Part shown: piece after piece, positions 1 through 13,639 of the stretch
How the letters are laid out: every line of letters starts with the position of its first letter
Position numbering within the stretch: the first letter of the stretch is position 1
From: Felis catus
Taxonomy: Eukaryota
Length of the DNA stretch: 64,000 bases
Assembly: GCF_018350175.1 (NCBI RefSeq)
Contig: NC_058369.1
Coordinates: forward strand, 23,066,001 to 23,130,000
Direction of reading: 5' to 3'
The notes under the pieces: generated by a model
What the model was told of the DNA's origin: nothing
Seen by the model: the letters and a program-made list of their open reading frames with translations, nothing else
The model's database searches: none
Made by a program: the position numbers and the translations under genes

Positions 1-649
1 AGACTTCCACTTATTTTCTTTCCTTACTAATAAGATTTTGTATAGTCATTTGTGTTTTCTTCTCTGGATTTACCAGGGCCTTTGCTTCCTTCTGTTTTAA
101 ATCAAGGAATTCATCTTTTTCCTTACTGGTTTATAAGACGTCTTTTTATATAACGTTATTAACTTTAGTCCTCATCCGCACATACTTTTCTCACTTCTTT
201 ATTTGCCCTCTGATCTTCATGGTGGCTTTTGCCATGTCAACATTTAAAGCTTTCGTTAAGTTCCTTTATGGCTTCTTCTTTGGCTAATGTTCCTGAAAAG
301 GACAACTTTGCCTTCCTGTTTCCTTTTATTTCTGCCTCTCTTTCTCTTGTCTCTCTTCACTTCTGTCCCTGCATGGCCCAAGGGGCTGGGGACAGAAGTG
401 GGAGGCACGGCCAAGGTTGAGGAGTGGATGTGTTCCTGCTTGTTATTTTTCCCTCTGGTTTGACTCCTCTACCACTCCGGGATTTGCTTCTTCTCAAATC
501 TCTGTGCTTCTGGCTTCTAGTAACTCCATCATTATACTCAGATAAAATCTTCTTAGTAGCTTCAATTACAGCTGCTGACAGCTGCAGCTTTATAAATAAT
601 TACCAGTGGTATCCCTGCTTTGAGCCCGTCCCTCCCCAAGTCAACAGAC

Positions 650-666
650 GGGGGGGGGGGGGGGGG
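650..666 (+). repeat. G17 homopolymer
   Basis: 17 consecutive G read directly. Confidence 0.9.
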
Positions 667-1224
667 CTACTGCCGCCTTCACATTTCATCCCGAGATGGT
701 TGGTGAGAAGGTCCCCATTCCTGGAGAAGTGACTTTCTGCTTTTGGAGAAGAGGAGTCTGCTTTTGCTGTACTGACATTAAGGAACTCTTTTCAAATGCC
801 TATGAGGCTCGATGCTATCTGCAAAGCATAGAAATGCATTTGTCTTCCTTCATCAGCGGATTTTATAACTCACATTGTTTGCTTTCCTTTGTCGTAGGTT
901 GTTTCCTTGGGAGAGTGTTTTGTTTCTCTGCTAGGATTCATCCAACTGATGGCAGGACATGCACTAACCATCACCCCATCGTTGGGCAGACCTGGTCTTC
1001 CTAGTCCTGCACTTCACAGAGGATCCCAGTTCTCTGCCCATGACTAATCTCTCCAGATAACATTTTAAAGGATGCTAAAATGAGTGTGGTCTCTTAAATA
1101 AGTGGGCAATATTATGTTAAAAACCATCCTTTCTGACTTTGAGTGTCTCTCGGCCTGTGTGTCTGCAGAGTTCTGCTTGTGGGACCTGCTGATGAGAAGC
1201 AGTGTCCCTGAACCTGTGACTTGA

Positions 1225-1395
1225 GGGCTCCCAGCTTGGGAGGATCCTGGAGTCTCTTTTCAAAAGTCAGATTCCAGGGCCGCATCCCCTAAGTTTGTAA
1301 CTCTGAGTCTGGGGTCAGTCCCAGGTTATCTGCATTTTAATGGGCGCCAGTGATGATAATTATCCACAAGGAAGTGTGAGACCCCCTGCTTTAGA
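1225..1395. mobile_element. MER5-like hAT-Charlie MITE relic
   Basis: cagattccagggccgcatcccc...ctgagtctggggtcagtcccagg...atctgcattttaa...gtgatgat resembles the MER5 consensus; degraded. Confidence 0.55.
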
Positions 1396-4178
1396 GAAGC
1401 CCCTTCATCTGCATATAGAGCCCAGTGGCCACCCCCTCCCCAGGCTTCTACTGTGCAGTCAGCTAAGCCTGGAGAGGGTGGTTTTCTTCACTGTCATTTC
1501 ACACGTAAGGTGCATGTGGGCAAGAACAGGACCACACGGCCCAGTCACCCTGCTGGCCCCTTCAGACTCAGGTCCTTGTCCCTGTGAAGCTTGCGTGTGA
1601 TGTAACTGCCTTCCCAACAGAGTCCTCTCTGGAAGGCGGGCGGGCAGGCGATGAGGACTTGGGGAGGGTAGGAGTGCACTCTGGGAGGGCAGTTGGGCAT
1701 CTTGGCGCTTCTCAGGACACGTGGCTCTTCTCATGCTTCCTTTCTGCATTTCACAAGTATGTGGAACCATAGATGGACATCAGGGGACCACTTCTTAGCA
1801 TGGTGACTCAGCAATTAAGTTTCACTGGCCCGTGCAGCCCCTTTCTCACACCCTCCAACAGGACAGGGCTTAGGCCATGGACTTGGGGCAAGAGACAGCC
1901 TCATGGGAGAGAGAGACTCCAATTTGGAAGGGGGGGGTGGAGGTGCCTCCTGAGAGAGCCTGATCCCATGGCATCCTCCATGAATCCCCCCTGAGACTCA
2001 GAAGAGAAGTAGGAATCTCTGGGCTCCCAGGAGGTTCTTAGCAACCTCCCCCGAAATTTCCTCAAAGCAGGCCTGAGAACAGCTTGCAGTCCAGGGTGGG
2101 CTCTTGATGGCAGTAGCAGCTACTGTCTCCAGTTTCGGGGGACAAGTAAAGGTTCTGAGTTTGTGGACTCAAGTCTCTCTCCATCGATTGCATGGAAACA
2201 CTGCTCAAGGTCCTGCACGTGTGTTACGCTTTCTCAGCCTCTTCTCTTTCCTGCTCCTCCCGTCCGGGCTGCAAGGTGCCCCCTCTCCTATGGCCTGGGA
2301 AGGAGTGGAGCAGTGCGCACACTTAACTTATTTTTCATGCATTCCAGAGAGAGGGAGTCAGAGCAAGAGTGCTGTAGGCAAGATACTTCTGGTCCTTTCG
2401 TAACTACCTTCTGTGAATTCAAATCACCCATTTTAACAAATGCCAAAGCCACTGCTGAGAAGGGAATGGGGGAGGAGACGAGGGAAGGGTATTTGCTAAA
2501 TATCGTTAAGATGGAGAGCAGCTAATTCCTTTTTTCCTTAGCCACACTGAGTCTTGTTTGTTTGTTTGTTTGTTTGTTTTTTCCTTCCAGAGTCTCATTT
2601 CTCTGATGGGCACGGTGATCTGCATCGTTGGCCTGTTGTTCATTCTTATTTTCTAAATTACGCCCAATATGTTATCTTAGCAACACTTTCCACAAACAGA
2701 AAATCATGTTTATTGCCCCTTTTGAACTCTGCTGTCGCTGTTTCTGCTCCCTCCTTACCTTTGTTTAAAACGACCAACTGCAGACAATCCAAATAACAAT
2801 GTTTTCAAGCTATTGTCAGATCATAGTGACAATTGATTCCTTGTGGTGCTTCCCAGGAGACTACCCGTGGATGTAGAATTAAATGCCAACAATAGCGGAT
2901 TTGTAACCAAGGAGCAGTCTCAGGAATGCTGGTGGCAAATCGCGGCGGAGGGGGGTTGCAGGGGGGATAGGTTTGGACATCAGGAGCCAGGAGCCAGAGG
3001 AAAGGTTAACTTATTGACATCCAGGGATGATGTTATTTGTTTAGAAGATGAGTCACGATCCTGTTTTCCTTTGAACTCCTTTAGAAGAACCGGCTTCCAG
3101 ACAATGGGAGATAGAATACAGCAGGCGTTGTCTGTTTTCATAAACTTTCAGCTTGCTCTGTTGCCCGTCCTGTGCTTAAAAGTTGATGTAGAAAAACATT
3201 AAGAAACATGTAATATTCCACTCTGCACGATCTGATATTCATTTTGATATGTTTTTGGCCGCTGTTGGTTTTGAAAATGCTGAACACAAATGCTTCACAT
3301 TGGGGAGGGCAAGTAAAGGATTAAAACAGAGTCTCTGCCTCTTGCTCGCTGTTGTCTTTGAAGAGATGAAAACGTTCAAGTGAGCAGAATTCTGACAGAA
3401 TGAAACACGATTAGAACGTTTGGGGAAGGAGATGTGATGTGACTGGGGAAAATGTTAACAGCATAGAGATAATAAATACATTTGCCTAAGACTTTCATCT
3501 CTTATGATGCATTTTGTAAAGTGATACACGGGCAGTGTTCTGCACATATTCTTATCCCGCCCTGAGGGTCCCCTCCCCCAAGTATAACCGTTTATGCAAG
3601 TGCAAAGAAGTATGGGGGACAGAGTGAGAGCTTGTACAGATCACTAACAACCATGTAAATGCAGGCAGCTCACCAGGGGTTTCAGACTGATAATGAAGAT
3701 CATTGAAACCATAGGAAGCATTTGGGTAAGAGGAGTGTACTTACTGTTATTATTTAACAGTTACTGAATACTGACAGTGTGCTTCATTGGAAACAACAGA
3801 AGACCCTGAACTTGCCCAAAAGACTCAAGGTAAAAATTAAACAAAGGCACCAAGGAATGACAAAACCCAAGGGTGTAAAAAGGTAACTGGAACAACACAT
3901 AAGTAGTTGGTGGTACCTCGTTTGCAATTGTTAAATTTTTGTTCCTTCCTTTTGACCCCACACCAGCCGATCTCTGATAGAGCCAGACAGCGATGGGGTG
4001 ACGGGGAGAAGCTAGAAAACGACTTGTTTGCTCCCTTAGCTATTTGCTCCACATCCACATTGCCCAGAAGCCAGCATTTCCTTGTGGCCTCTTCTCCTCT
4101 CCCCTGTGACAGTATATGTACCACTTTTTACCTGGTCTTATATCTGCCTTACCTTCCCTACTAGGCTAGTAGCATTCT

Positions 4179-4204
4179 TTTTTTTTTTAATGTTTTATTT
4201 ATTC

Positions 4205-4237
<33 letters not shown>

Positions 4238-4408
4238 CACACGGACAGAGGAGGGGCAGAGAGAGAGAGGGAGACACAGAATCCGGAGCAGGCTCCAGGC
4301 TCTGAGCTGTCAACACAGAGCCCAACACAGGGCCCGAACTCATGGACCACAAGATCATGACCTGAGCTGAAGTCTGACGCTTAACTGACTGAGCCACCCA
4401 GGCACCCT
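4179..4408 (-). mobile_element. Can-SINE (felid SINEC_Fc type)
   Basis: T tract, (GA)n, tRNA-like head ending gagccacccaggcaccc; TSD gtagcattct at 4169-4178 and 4409-4418. Confidence 0.95.
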
Positions 4409-5147
4409 GTAGCATTCTAAGTGGTACTCCATGTGTGGATGTGGTTCTTAGCAGCACTTCTTTTGAATGGAGACTTTATCAAGCTGGATATGAGCCCCTT
4501 TCATGCCATGTGCCTTTTGGGTGAGCTGTTTAACCAACCACTGGTGCTTTGGTTTATAGTCTACATAAAATGCAGATTACAATACTGACTTCATCCTGGG
4601 CTGCCAGTAGATTGAATGAGATGTATGCAAAGCACTCTAGCATGCGCTAAGTCATGTTAATTTGGCTATTTCTCTTGCCCACCACACACTCTCACCACAC
4701 AGCAAGGGTGCTTTATAAAGACACTTGAAGCCCTCCTTGAATGAATGACCAAAAAGGTGCCAACTCAAAGTATCGTATCAACCATGATGTTAAATTGTGT
4801 GTTTATGAGGATGCTTGTGTATTTGTCACCTGTGCGTGGTGATGCAGGCACACTCTTTAATGGACAGAACCCTTTCCTAGTCTTTATGATCTCCCTGTAG
4901 CAGCTAACCACAGCCAGGGGCCACCCAGGCTCAGGGAAGCTCACAGATTTGCCCAGACTCACACAACTTGTAAGTGGGGGATTTAGTATTTGAACTCCCC
5001 CCTCAGCTGCCTAACCCCGTGTGATCCCCAGATGTTTGCTGAGCGAGTGTTAAGTAATCATTCTCATCCCAAAGTGACTGTTCCCACTGAAGCTTCTTTG
5101 TTTGTTGATTTGTGCTCTTTAGCCTGTTTTCCCTTACTCCCGGGCTG

Positions 5148-5340
5148 ACTGTGCCCTCCAGTTTGGCGGCTGTGAGCCAGATAGGGCTACTTAAATTCAC
5201 ATTCAAGTTAATTAAAATTAAATAAAATTCAAAATTTAGTTCCTCGATCACACTGGCCACATTGCAAGTGTTCAACAGTTCCATTTCATTCGTGGCAATC
5301 ACAGATATATAATATTTTCATCATTGCAGAAAGTTCTACT
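5148..5340. mobile_element. MER3-like hAT-Charlie MITE
   Basis: ttaattaaaattaaataaaattcaaaatttagttcctc...cactggccacattgcaagtgttcaa...catcattgcagaaagttcta-like segments match the MER3 pattern. Confidence 0.75.
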
Positions 5341-6014
5341 CCTGAGAATTGCCTCAAATAAATAACAGGCAAGATGCTGGGCTTTATTTATTTATTTTTT
5401 CTGATGCACAGGGTTTTATACCCTTAGTGTTTTATACTTTATGAGACACCGGCTAACCAGCTGGTAGAGAATGGCAAATAGTTATAAGAAGATTACATTT
5501 TGATTTAATGGTCTTTACACTATGTGTTGGGTTTTATGAAAAGTGCTTTCTGTGAGCTGTCTCATGTAATTGTTGTAGCAGCCCATTGAGGTAGGCGCTA
5601 TCACCAGTCCCTTTGTACAGGGTTGGGAAGTCACTGGTCTGAAGTCTCAGAACTGGTCGGTGGAAGAACATGAAGCTGACCGCAGAGCTCTGGCCCTTAG
5701 CCACTGCATCGCCTCCTGCCAGTCACGGCAAATTCTCATAAGTACGAGCTGTCGATTTTAAAGACAGTGGCAGCAGGATTCTCTGTTCTGAATTTAAATG
5801 GAACTGGGCCATGGTGGGTGAAAGAAGTCGGAATCTTTTCATCATTCCTACGGACCTCTGATTCCTTAAAGAAACCAGCTTGGCAACTGAATTGAAAATT
5901 TTTTTTCTAGACCTTGAAAATCATCTCTACTCCTATATATTGTCTTCATTTCTACCAATGAAAACATGTGCAGCCCATCAAAATAGATCATCTGATATTC
6001 AAAAGTGGATCAGA

Positions 6015-6250
6015 GATAAAGGGGATTAGGAGGTACAAACTTCCAGTTACAAATAACTCACGAGGATGAAAAGGACAGCATAGGGAATATAGTCAATAGT
6101 ATTGTAATAATGTTGTATGGTGATTACACTTACCACGTCGATCACTGAGCCAGGTACAGAATTGTCAAATCAAGATGTTGTACACCTGAAACTAATATAA
6201 CAGTGTATGTTAATTCTACTTCAGTGGTAATTTTTTTCAAATCAAAAATC
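6015..6250 (+). mobile_element. Old L1 3' UTR fragment (L1MA9/L1_Carn-like)
   Basis: gaggtacaaacttccagtta...gacagcatagggaatatagtcaata...tgtacacctgaaactaatataa. Confidence 0.8.
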
Positions 6251-6339
6251 ACAAAAGCAATGTAGCAATGTTAAAAGCTAAAAAAAAAAAAATTAAGCAT
6301 TCAACGTATAGATGAACAGAGACAAATTGATTAAGAACA

Positions 6340-6543
6340 TATTTTGAGAGTCAAACAGTCTTTAAATACTGTCTCCACCACTTTGCTAGCTCTGTAACCT
6401 TGGGCAAATTAACCTCTCTAGCCTTCATGTTCTTCATCTGTAAAATGGGATTAGCTATAACATAGACCCTATAGATCATTTTGAGTATTGAGTAAAATAA
6501 TTCATGCCAATCACCCATAAAAATATTCAATAAATGTTAGCTA
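6340..6543 (+). mobile_element. MIR SINE
   Basis: Core ctagctctgtaaccttgggcaaattaacctctc...ttcatctgtaaaatggga, 3' end tcaataaatgttagct. Confidence 0.8.
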
Positions 6544-6619
6544 CGGCTTAAAAAAAAGGGTCAGAAACAAATTATATGGGAAACTGATTATGTCATCAAG
6601 GTTTTGAAAACTAGTGATT

Positions 6620-6828
6620 TCTTTTAATGTTTATTTATTCTTGAGAGAGAGAGACAGAGTATGAGCAGGGAGGGACAGAGAGAGAGGGAGACACAGAATC
6701 GGAAGTAGACTGAAGCAGAATCTGAGCTGTTAGCTCAGAGCCCGACTTGGGGCTCAAACTCATAAATCGTGAGATCATGACCTGAGCTGAAGTTGGACGC
6801 TCAACCGACGGAGCCATCCGTGCGCCCC
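6620..6828 (-). mobile_element. Can-SINE (felid type)
   Basis: Typical body gagacacagaatcggaag...gagatcatgacctgagctgaag; TSD-like tgaaaactag on both sides. Confidence 0.93.
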
Positions 6829-9201
6829 TGAAAACTAGCAATCGTAATGAAAATAAAATGAGCGCTACTGACTGCAAGAAGCCAAGAGCTGTTTGCAAGA
6901 AATTGTAAGAATTCTACTGGACTTCCTTGCCCATTCTCTCTCTACCCAGCATACCTAGCTCCTATTCAGAGGATGTGCTTGAAAGATGTGAATGGTGTGA
7001 AAGTTTATTCCCTGTACAAGGTCATTTAAAAGTTTTAGGTTGGACCAGGCACCATGAAGTTTGCCTTGTTCCAGGTAACCTACATAAGATTCATTTTAGC
7101 CATTTGGGACCAGAATTTACCTTGAAGAATCTTCCAGGACTAATTCTCTTCCAACAAAAAAAAAAATACAAGAGTAGTTTCCAGATTCTCAGATAGTATT
7201 AAATTTTCTTGAAGATAACTAGTGTTCCCACAGTTGGAATGGTGGTGGCCTGTTACTCAGATTTAAAAAAAGAAATTTGGACAAAACGACTCCTGGGCTG
7301 GGCATGTAGCAGAGATCTCATCAATACTTGTTATTCTTCTACCAAGTTTTGCTTAGAATTGCCCAGAATCCCTGCACAGTGTTCCCATCTCTGCAAGGGT
7401 ACCCTTTTCCTGTCAATATTTCAGAAGAAGATGTCAACAAAAGGTGGTAGGCTTCACACAGTGTACATATCTCTGCCCTGAAGTTTCGTCAAGGGTGTCA
7501 CTCATGTCCCAGGTTGGAAGACGTTCCAGTTGGTGGCTCAAAATAGAGCCCAAAGGGAAGTGATGGTTAGAGATAAAGAAACATGGGCTTTGGGGGTGTA
7601 GACAGAGTTATTAACAGAGAGCCATGTTTGCTTACAGCACTTTTAACTACTCCAGGAATCTTGAAGTGACTTAATTCGTTGTCCAAATCCCTACCTCAGC
7701 CCCCAGGTAATCACTGGAGTGATGAAAAATACTACATTCTCTCTTTCTTTTCCTAAGCTCAATTTAATCTTGATCTTTGAAAAGTAAATGGTTTTTCTTG
7801 TGCAAACAGCTTCATAGAAATGTCAAATCTGGCCTCCACAGTCTATGCTGAGGGGGGAGACCTGGTACAAAAGGCTCAGTGCTCAGGGCCTGGGCTTTGA
7901 AATGACTCCAGCTGTATTGCCAATGCAAATGCAGGAGGGGAAAAAATTACTGGAACAAATTGAAAGGTTATTCAGACTGGAATTTAGAATCTCAATAAAA
8001 AAGGCTTTTATAAGCCAAAGCCCTCGGAGTAACCGGATCATTTAAAAATACATCTTTTCTGCATTAAATGTAGTGTGACAGCCGCATTAGAAATGCTGCA
8101 GTCCAAGTACGTTCCTTAAACATTTTTAACTGACTTGTAAGGACAGCTAAAATCTTCTCTTGGAAGGGGTGGAGGTGGATGCTGGATCTCCTGTCTGTAA
8201 ATCGTTTCCATGCCTTTATTTTTGCCTAATTTTTGATACCTGGCAAATGGATTTTCACCTTTCCCCCTGTTGCTTCCTGCAGGCTCAGTGATCTCCGTGG
8301 GCTCTGTGTCTTGATGAAAATTTGTTGAGCTAGTCTTTTCCCTTTTTGACTTAGTAGAAACAGTCTTTCTGATCACCCAGATGTTGGTGAAATAGCACAT
8401 AGTTGTACTGGGGAGGAATTCTTTTAACAAGGGGTATTTAGGCCAAGAGACACAGACATAACTCACCTAATGCAAGGCAGTGACCCAAGTGAGGGACTCC
8501 CTTCTCATTGTTTAAGATCTGGAAATAAACGATCCAGATCTACTCATTGAAGTGCATGGCAGTCCTCTCCATCAACCCCACCCCAGCAACTTCTATTTCT
8601 TTGAACCAAGTGGAAGATAATTTCAAGGGAAAAGATCCCTGTTGAGTGAGTTGAAGTCAAAGCAACGGACATTCCCAGTGGGCTTCCGCTGCACTCCCCA
8701 CCCATCTGGGCACAGGGCTACCGTGGACCCTCTGTGTGTTGCTGACACAGCTCCTGAACTGTCACCCTCACAGGTACTTCTTCCTATTTATTTCTAAAAA
8801 TGGCTCAGTCACCAAAAGATTGTGCTCACTGTTTTTAGTTGGTGATGTATTTCAAATGTACTGAATGCTCACTGTCTGGAAGCAGCAAATATTCACATTT
8901 TACCATTTTTTATTTCAACCCTTTGGCCTTATTTTAAGTCCTTCCTTTTCTCCTTCTCCAGGGGTCAAGTCATTTCCTTTCCTGAGGGAGAGGTAGCTCT
9001 TAGTGCGGCCAAATTTTATCGTTTGTATCAGTGTCCTGGGAATTCTGCTACGAATGAGAGTTACAAGGTAGCTTCTCTGTATCCCCACTAGATTGCGTGT
9101 TCCCTGAGTACAATAACTTAGCCTTTTTCAACGGCTTGTTGTCCCTCAGCCCCTGGTGACATACTTAGCCCTGCAGTGAGTTCTCACAAGAGTTTTGTTG
9201 T

Positions 9202-9205
<4 letters not shown>

Positions 9206-9245
<40 letters not shown>
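9206..9245. repeat. (GT)20 microsatellite
   Basis: Read directly. Confidence 0.95.
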
Positions 9246-9246
<1 letters not shown>

Positions 9247-9419
9247 GAGGGAGTGGATGACTCTAGCTAAAATCAGTGAACTCAAGAGTTGCAGAGAACA
9301 TGCTAACACTATCCCTTCTCACTGATGACCAGTATCTATAATGGGTGTTTTAGAGCAGTATTGTTATTTCATTCAACAGTCTGAGCCTCCCCTCAAAATG
9401 TTTCTATAACTAAAACCTT

Positions 9420-10060
9420 TGCATTAACCTTGTTGGGGTTATCTGATATAATTATAAAATAATAAGGTATCTTCCTGGTTAGAGGACTGTAAGTTGCTTC
9501 ATATAAAGTGCTGCTCCTAACTTTATGAGTTTACAATTTGGTGTGAGGATTTGTGCCTGAAGACCACTGCTTCCGTTCATACCTGAAAATGGATGTCGTC
9601 CTGAACAATCACTTCAGTGATACTGAAGTTCCTCCTCAACGATGAACCACGGTCTCTTTTCTCATCAGGCAGCCCTCATGCAAGAATACGTTGATCTGCT
9701 CTGGTTTCTCTGCCTTTTTCAAGATCGCAACAGTAGCTCTTCCATATGTTTTAGGCATCTTCCCGTTCGCATACTGTACAGCCAGATAAACTGGATCCTC
9801 ATTCCTACATTTGCGCCCTATTCCTTCACGTTCCAGCATTTCTTTGACAAGTAGCATGCCCATGAAGACCCAGCCATGCCTTATTTCCTTGTATCCAATA
9901 AAGCCAACTTTTGACACAGGGAGAGAGCATTCTCCATTTTTTCCCCAGTTGAAATGGAGTTTGGGTAAAGCCAAGCACTGGTCCTCTTCCTGAGACTGAC
10001 AATTCAGTAGATGGTTGGCATAGGATGCCTCGCTCCCTAAAATGACATTTTCTTCTCAAA
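9420..10060 (-). mobile_element. Possible ancient non-LTR retrotransposon RT fossil (RTE/L4/CR1-like)
   Basis: Minus-strand motifs in RT order: GNKAxxGxHG, EML, GKMPKTYGRATVAILKK, degenerate E-Q-x-G-F-R. See findings. Confidence 0.35.
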
Positions 10061-12939
10061 GTAGTGGCAGACCTCAACAGTGTTCATCATGGAGTAAGTG
10101 ACACATGACGTTGCCATGTTTGACACACATACATACCAATACTTGCCTGGCATTACGCATCTACCTCTTTCCCTCCCGTTCAGGAACATGCCTTAGAATG
10201 TAAGTGGGTGCAGTGACATTATTAGTAGCATGATTGGAATCTGTATTTATTTAAAATATTATGTATTCTCAGACTTAGGTTCTTGGACTGTCATTAGTTA
10301 CTAACCACCCATGACCCACAGCACGTTGCCATTGAGACCCAACTGCCCTTGAGCGGCGATGCCTCTGGAGACTGTACTTTTACCTGAAGCACTGTGTGAC
10401 TGCCTGCCTTTAAAAATGATCTTGTAACTGATTGTCAGGGGCACTGTGAGAACTGAAGCTCTCCAGCTTTAGACCCTCATTCTCAAGGTGAAGAGCAGCG
10501 GGAGGCTTTGATAACTTTTACAGTGCACAGAGGGAAACGTTTTTCGCTGACTGTGCCAGAATCCCATGCTCTGTGGGCAACATAATGGATTTCATTCAGA
10601 ACCCTGCACAGGCCAACTGTCATGATATGGTTGGGAAGCTTTCCATCAGCTACTGTGAGCTCCATCACTCTGTTCCCTACCTCCGTTTTTGGCTTCTCCA
10701 TTCTTGGTCACATTTTACGAAGCAGCCAACCATCCAGATTGGGATTTCATGCTCTGCTGCACTGTTGCCTGAGTTATTTCTCTTACAAAGGCCTCCTTTA
10801 CAAAGTCCTTAATCTGAGTAATGCATAGAAGGTGTATTAAGGGGTAACAAGTGAAAGAAGGCAAGAACCAGCAACTTCCTGAAAATTGTTGTCGTTAGAG
10901 CATTTCCATGAAGGCCCAACGATTCATTAGAGTGAGTCCAGACAAAAACCCTATCCCCCGAAACATATGTAGTGCATTCAGACCTAATTGGCCATGGTCC
11001 AGTCCAGTTCTAAGGGGGATATTCTTGGCATTTTGGAGGTCAGAGGAGAGATCTGATTTGAAGCTTGTCATGTGTGTTTCCCACATGTTATATTTAAGTT
11101 TGTTTGTTATATTCATTGGATGTGCCCCTTGCCTTTAAATTTCTGGACAAAGTTCATATACATTGGTCAATTCTGGCTTTTTATGCTATCAATCTAATGC
11201 CTCATTGCAAAAGATATCTACACCTTTGTACCAGCACATGAAAAGCCTTCATAGAGCAACCTAGAGTTTGAGTAGGAAAGAGACTCTAAGTTACGGTTTA
11301 AGATTGACATTGGTTGTGTTGGCTGGAAAAGAATCCTGACTCTGTCTTTCATCTGCAGAATTTTCTTTGCAGTCCCAGTACTAGGAATGGCTAATGTTTC
11401 CAAAGCTTAGGAAACCGTACTATGAAAAAGCCTGTGAGTGAGGGCAACTTTCCATAGGATTCTTGCTTACCTCTTGAATTTCCTTGGTCTGCTTATCTAA
11501 GAATTTCACTGTGTGGGGCAGATAGAATGAGGCGGGAAATTCTGAGGCATACCACTGCATGAGTTTTTGTTTGCTTGTTTGACTTCAGCAGGGAGGTGAG
11601 GTGAGAACAGTAAGTAGTATGTTCTGTTTGTCTATCCAAGGAAACAATTATCTGATGGAAAGGCACCTTCAAATCCTATTTTCACTACCTTTTTCTGATT
11701 AGAATCATATTCCGGCTATAATAATCAAAGCTTGAGTGTGTGACTTCAGGTCTACCTGTATCCACACAAAAGCTTTATTGTTTAAAGCTTTGAAGTACTA
11801 CCCGTGTTGAGCAATGGATAAGGGTTAAGGCCTGAAAAGGTAATTACTTATATGAAGCCAAAAGTCAGGGATGTGCGAGACAATTTAAAGAGCCCAAGGG
11901 ATCTTATATTGCTTGCCTTGATTTGATTGAAGGGCATGTGAAACCATCGAGTGAAACTTTTCTAAGTAATTAATTTCAATTCACTGATTACTATCTCTGA
12001 GCATGAGAAGTTGCTGGATAGTATCATCTCATATATACAAAGGGGTTATCTAATTTGATAGCAGGCTACCACTGTTCAGCCTGCAGATTCTAATAAAAAA
12101 TAGAAATTTCGATTCAATGAGACAAGTTTTAAGGTTTAGATTATTAGCTATTTGGCCTACTCTGTAGAGCTACCGAAGACAAAGTGACAGAAAAACAACC
12201 CAAATAAATAAATACTTTTTCGAAAGGATGGAATTGAATAAGATCCTTTGATTAGAGGCCTTGGGATAACTGCCAAACTGGACTTTGAGTTGTTTATAAT
12301 GGTACATGTTGACTGAGCAGAGATGTATGAAATCTGGGATCCTAGCACTGAATACCGTAGCCTTGGCCCAAGTATGCGGGAGGCAGAGGGCAGGGACTAT
12401 TTGGAAAAGAGACAGATAGCCTACTCTTTTAAAGAAGAATGCTTTTAAATGCAAATGTGTAAGTTAAGCTGTAATTTAAGTGCCCACATCCCAAGAGACT
12501 CCACAATTTCCTCCAACACCTCAGTTCCTGGTGGAGGAGTGAGATCCTAACAAGCTTACCTTGGCTTTTAGTTACACATTGACTTCCCACCAGCCCAATT
12601 TGGTTTTGACTTAAATATTGGATCTTAAGTTTTCCTCTTTTTCTGCAACTTCATCAATTGAAGAAACATGGTTTTATTTTCCTAATAATTCTGTTATGAT
12701 GAAATGAGACCAGTCTTCACTATTGTTTACATTTATTCATCAACCCTAAAGTCTCATTCCACCCTGTCCTCATTTTTAAACTCTAGTTGCAGACTGCTTA
12801 AACTTGTATCCTTAAAAAAAAAGTCCAATACTTAACACCTGGTAGAGGTGCTGTCTTCCATAAAGAATATATGCCTTTTGTTTTCACAAACAAAACCAGG
12901 TAGAGATGTGAGAGACAAAAATAATAGAATAGATTGATT

Positions 12940-13135
12940 CATTAGCTAAACATCCATTTATTCATGCATTGAACGAGTATTTGTTGAGCATCTATTGTGT
13001 ACCAGACACTGAACTAGCATCTGGTCAATTATAACACAGATGAACAGTGGTTACTGAGGAGTCAGGAAATAAACAAGCGAACTCCAAGTGATATATTTCA
13101 TAACAAATATGGTAAGCATGATAAAGGAAAAGCAA
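12940..13135 (-). mobile_element. L2 3' end relic
   Basis: catttattcatgcattgaacgagtatttgttgagcatctattgtgtaccagacactg is the reverse of the L2 3' terminus. Confidence 0.7.
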
Positions 13136-13159
13136 ATCTCTTCATAAGAGATTTGTGTT

Positions 13160-13545
13160 AATCAAGTTAGGCTGGACTATGTTACAGTAACTATGCATAA
13201 TATAATTAAATGGCTTCACAAAAACAAAGTTGTGGGTTTTGTTTTTTGTTCTTTTTTTTTTTTTTTTGTATCCCCATATGGTGAGATTGGTTAGTTCTTT
13301 TGGGAGGTATCTATCCAGCCTCCTTCCATCATTGGTACCACTGACTTCAACATGTGGTTTCCACCGTTGTGCTGAGAGAAAGAAAGATTGAAGCGTATTA
13401 AATAGGTATGGTTTGGGCCAGCTAGGAAATGGGTATATCATTTCTGCTTGTATTACATTGGCCAGAATCTAGCCTAATAGTGAGTGAGACTAGGAAACAG
13501 TCTCCCGGAGTGCCCAGAAGGAGGAAATGGGAATGGTGATCATCT
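13160..13545 (-). mobile_element. Old MaLR LTR relic (MLT1J/K-like)
   Basis: gttaggctggactatgttacagtaac...tggcttcaca...catttctgcttgtattacattggccagaa...gtgcccagaaggaggaaa. Confidence 0.5.
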
Positions 13546-13639
13546 TTATTCTAATGGAAGACTTCATTTAAACTAGAGGTTTCAGACGATCTCCATACAT
13601 ATGACTTTTCACCAGTAATTAGAATATTAAATATAGCCA

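Noticed and set aside
9636..9974. Endogenous viral gene (RATxAILKKA recalls an influenza PB2 peptide) or hAT transposase remnant
   Set aside because: Only a few matching residues without supporting context; motif order fits a LINE RT better, and even that is tentative.
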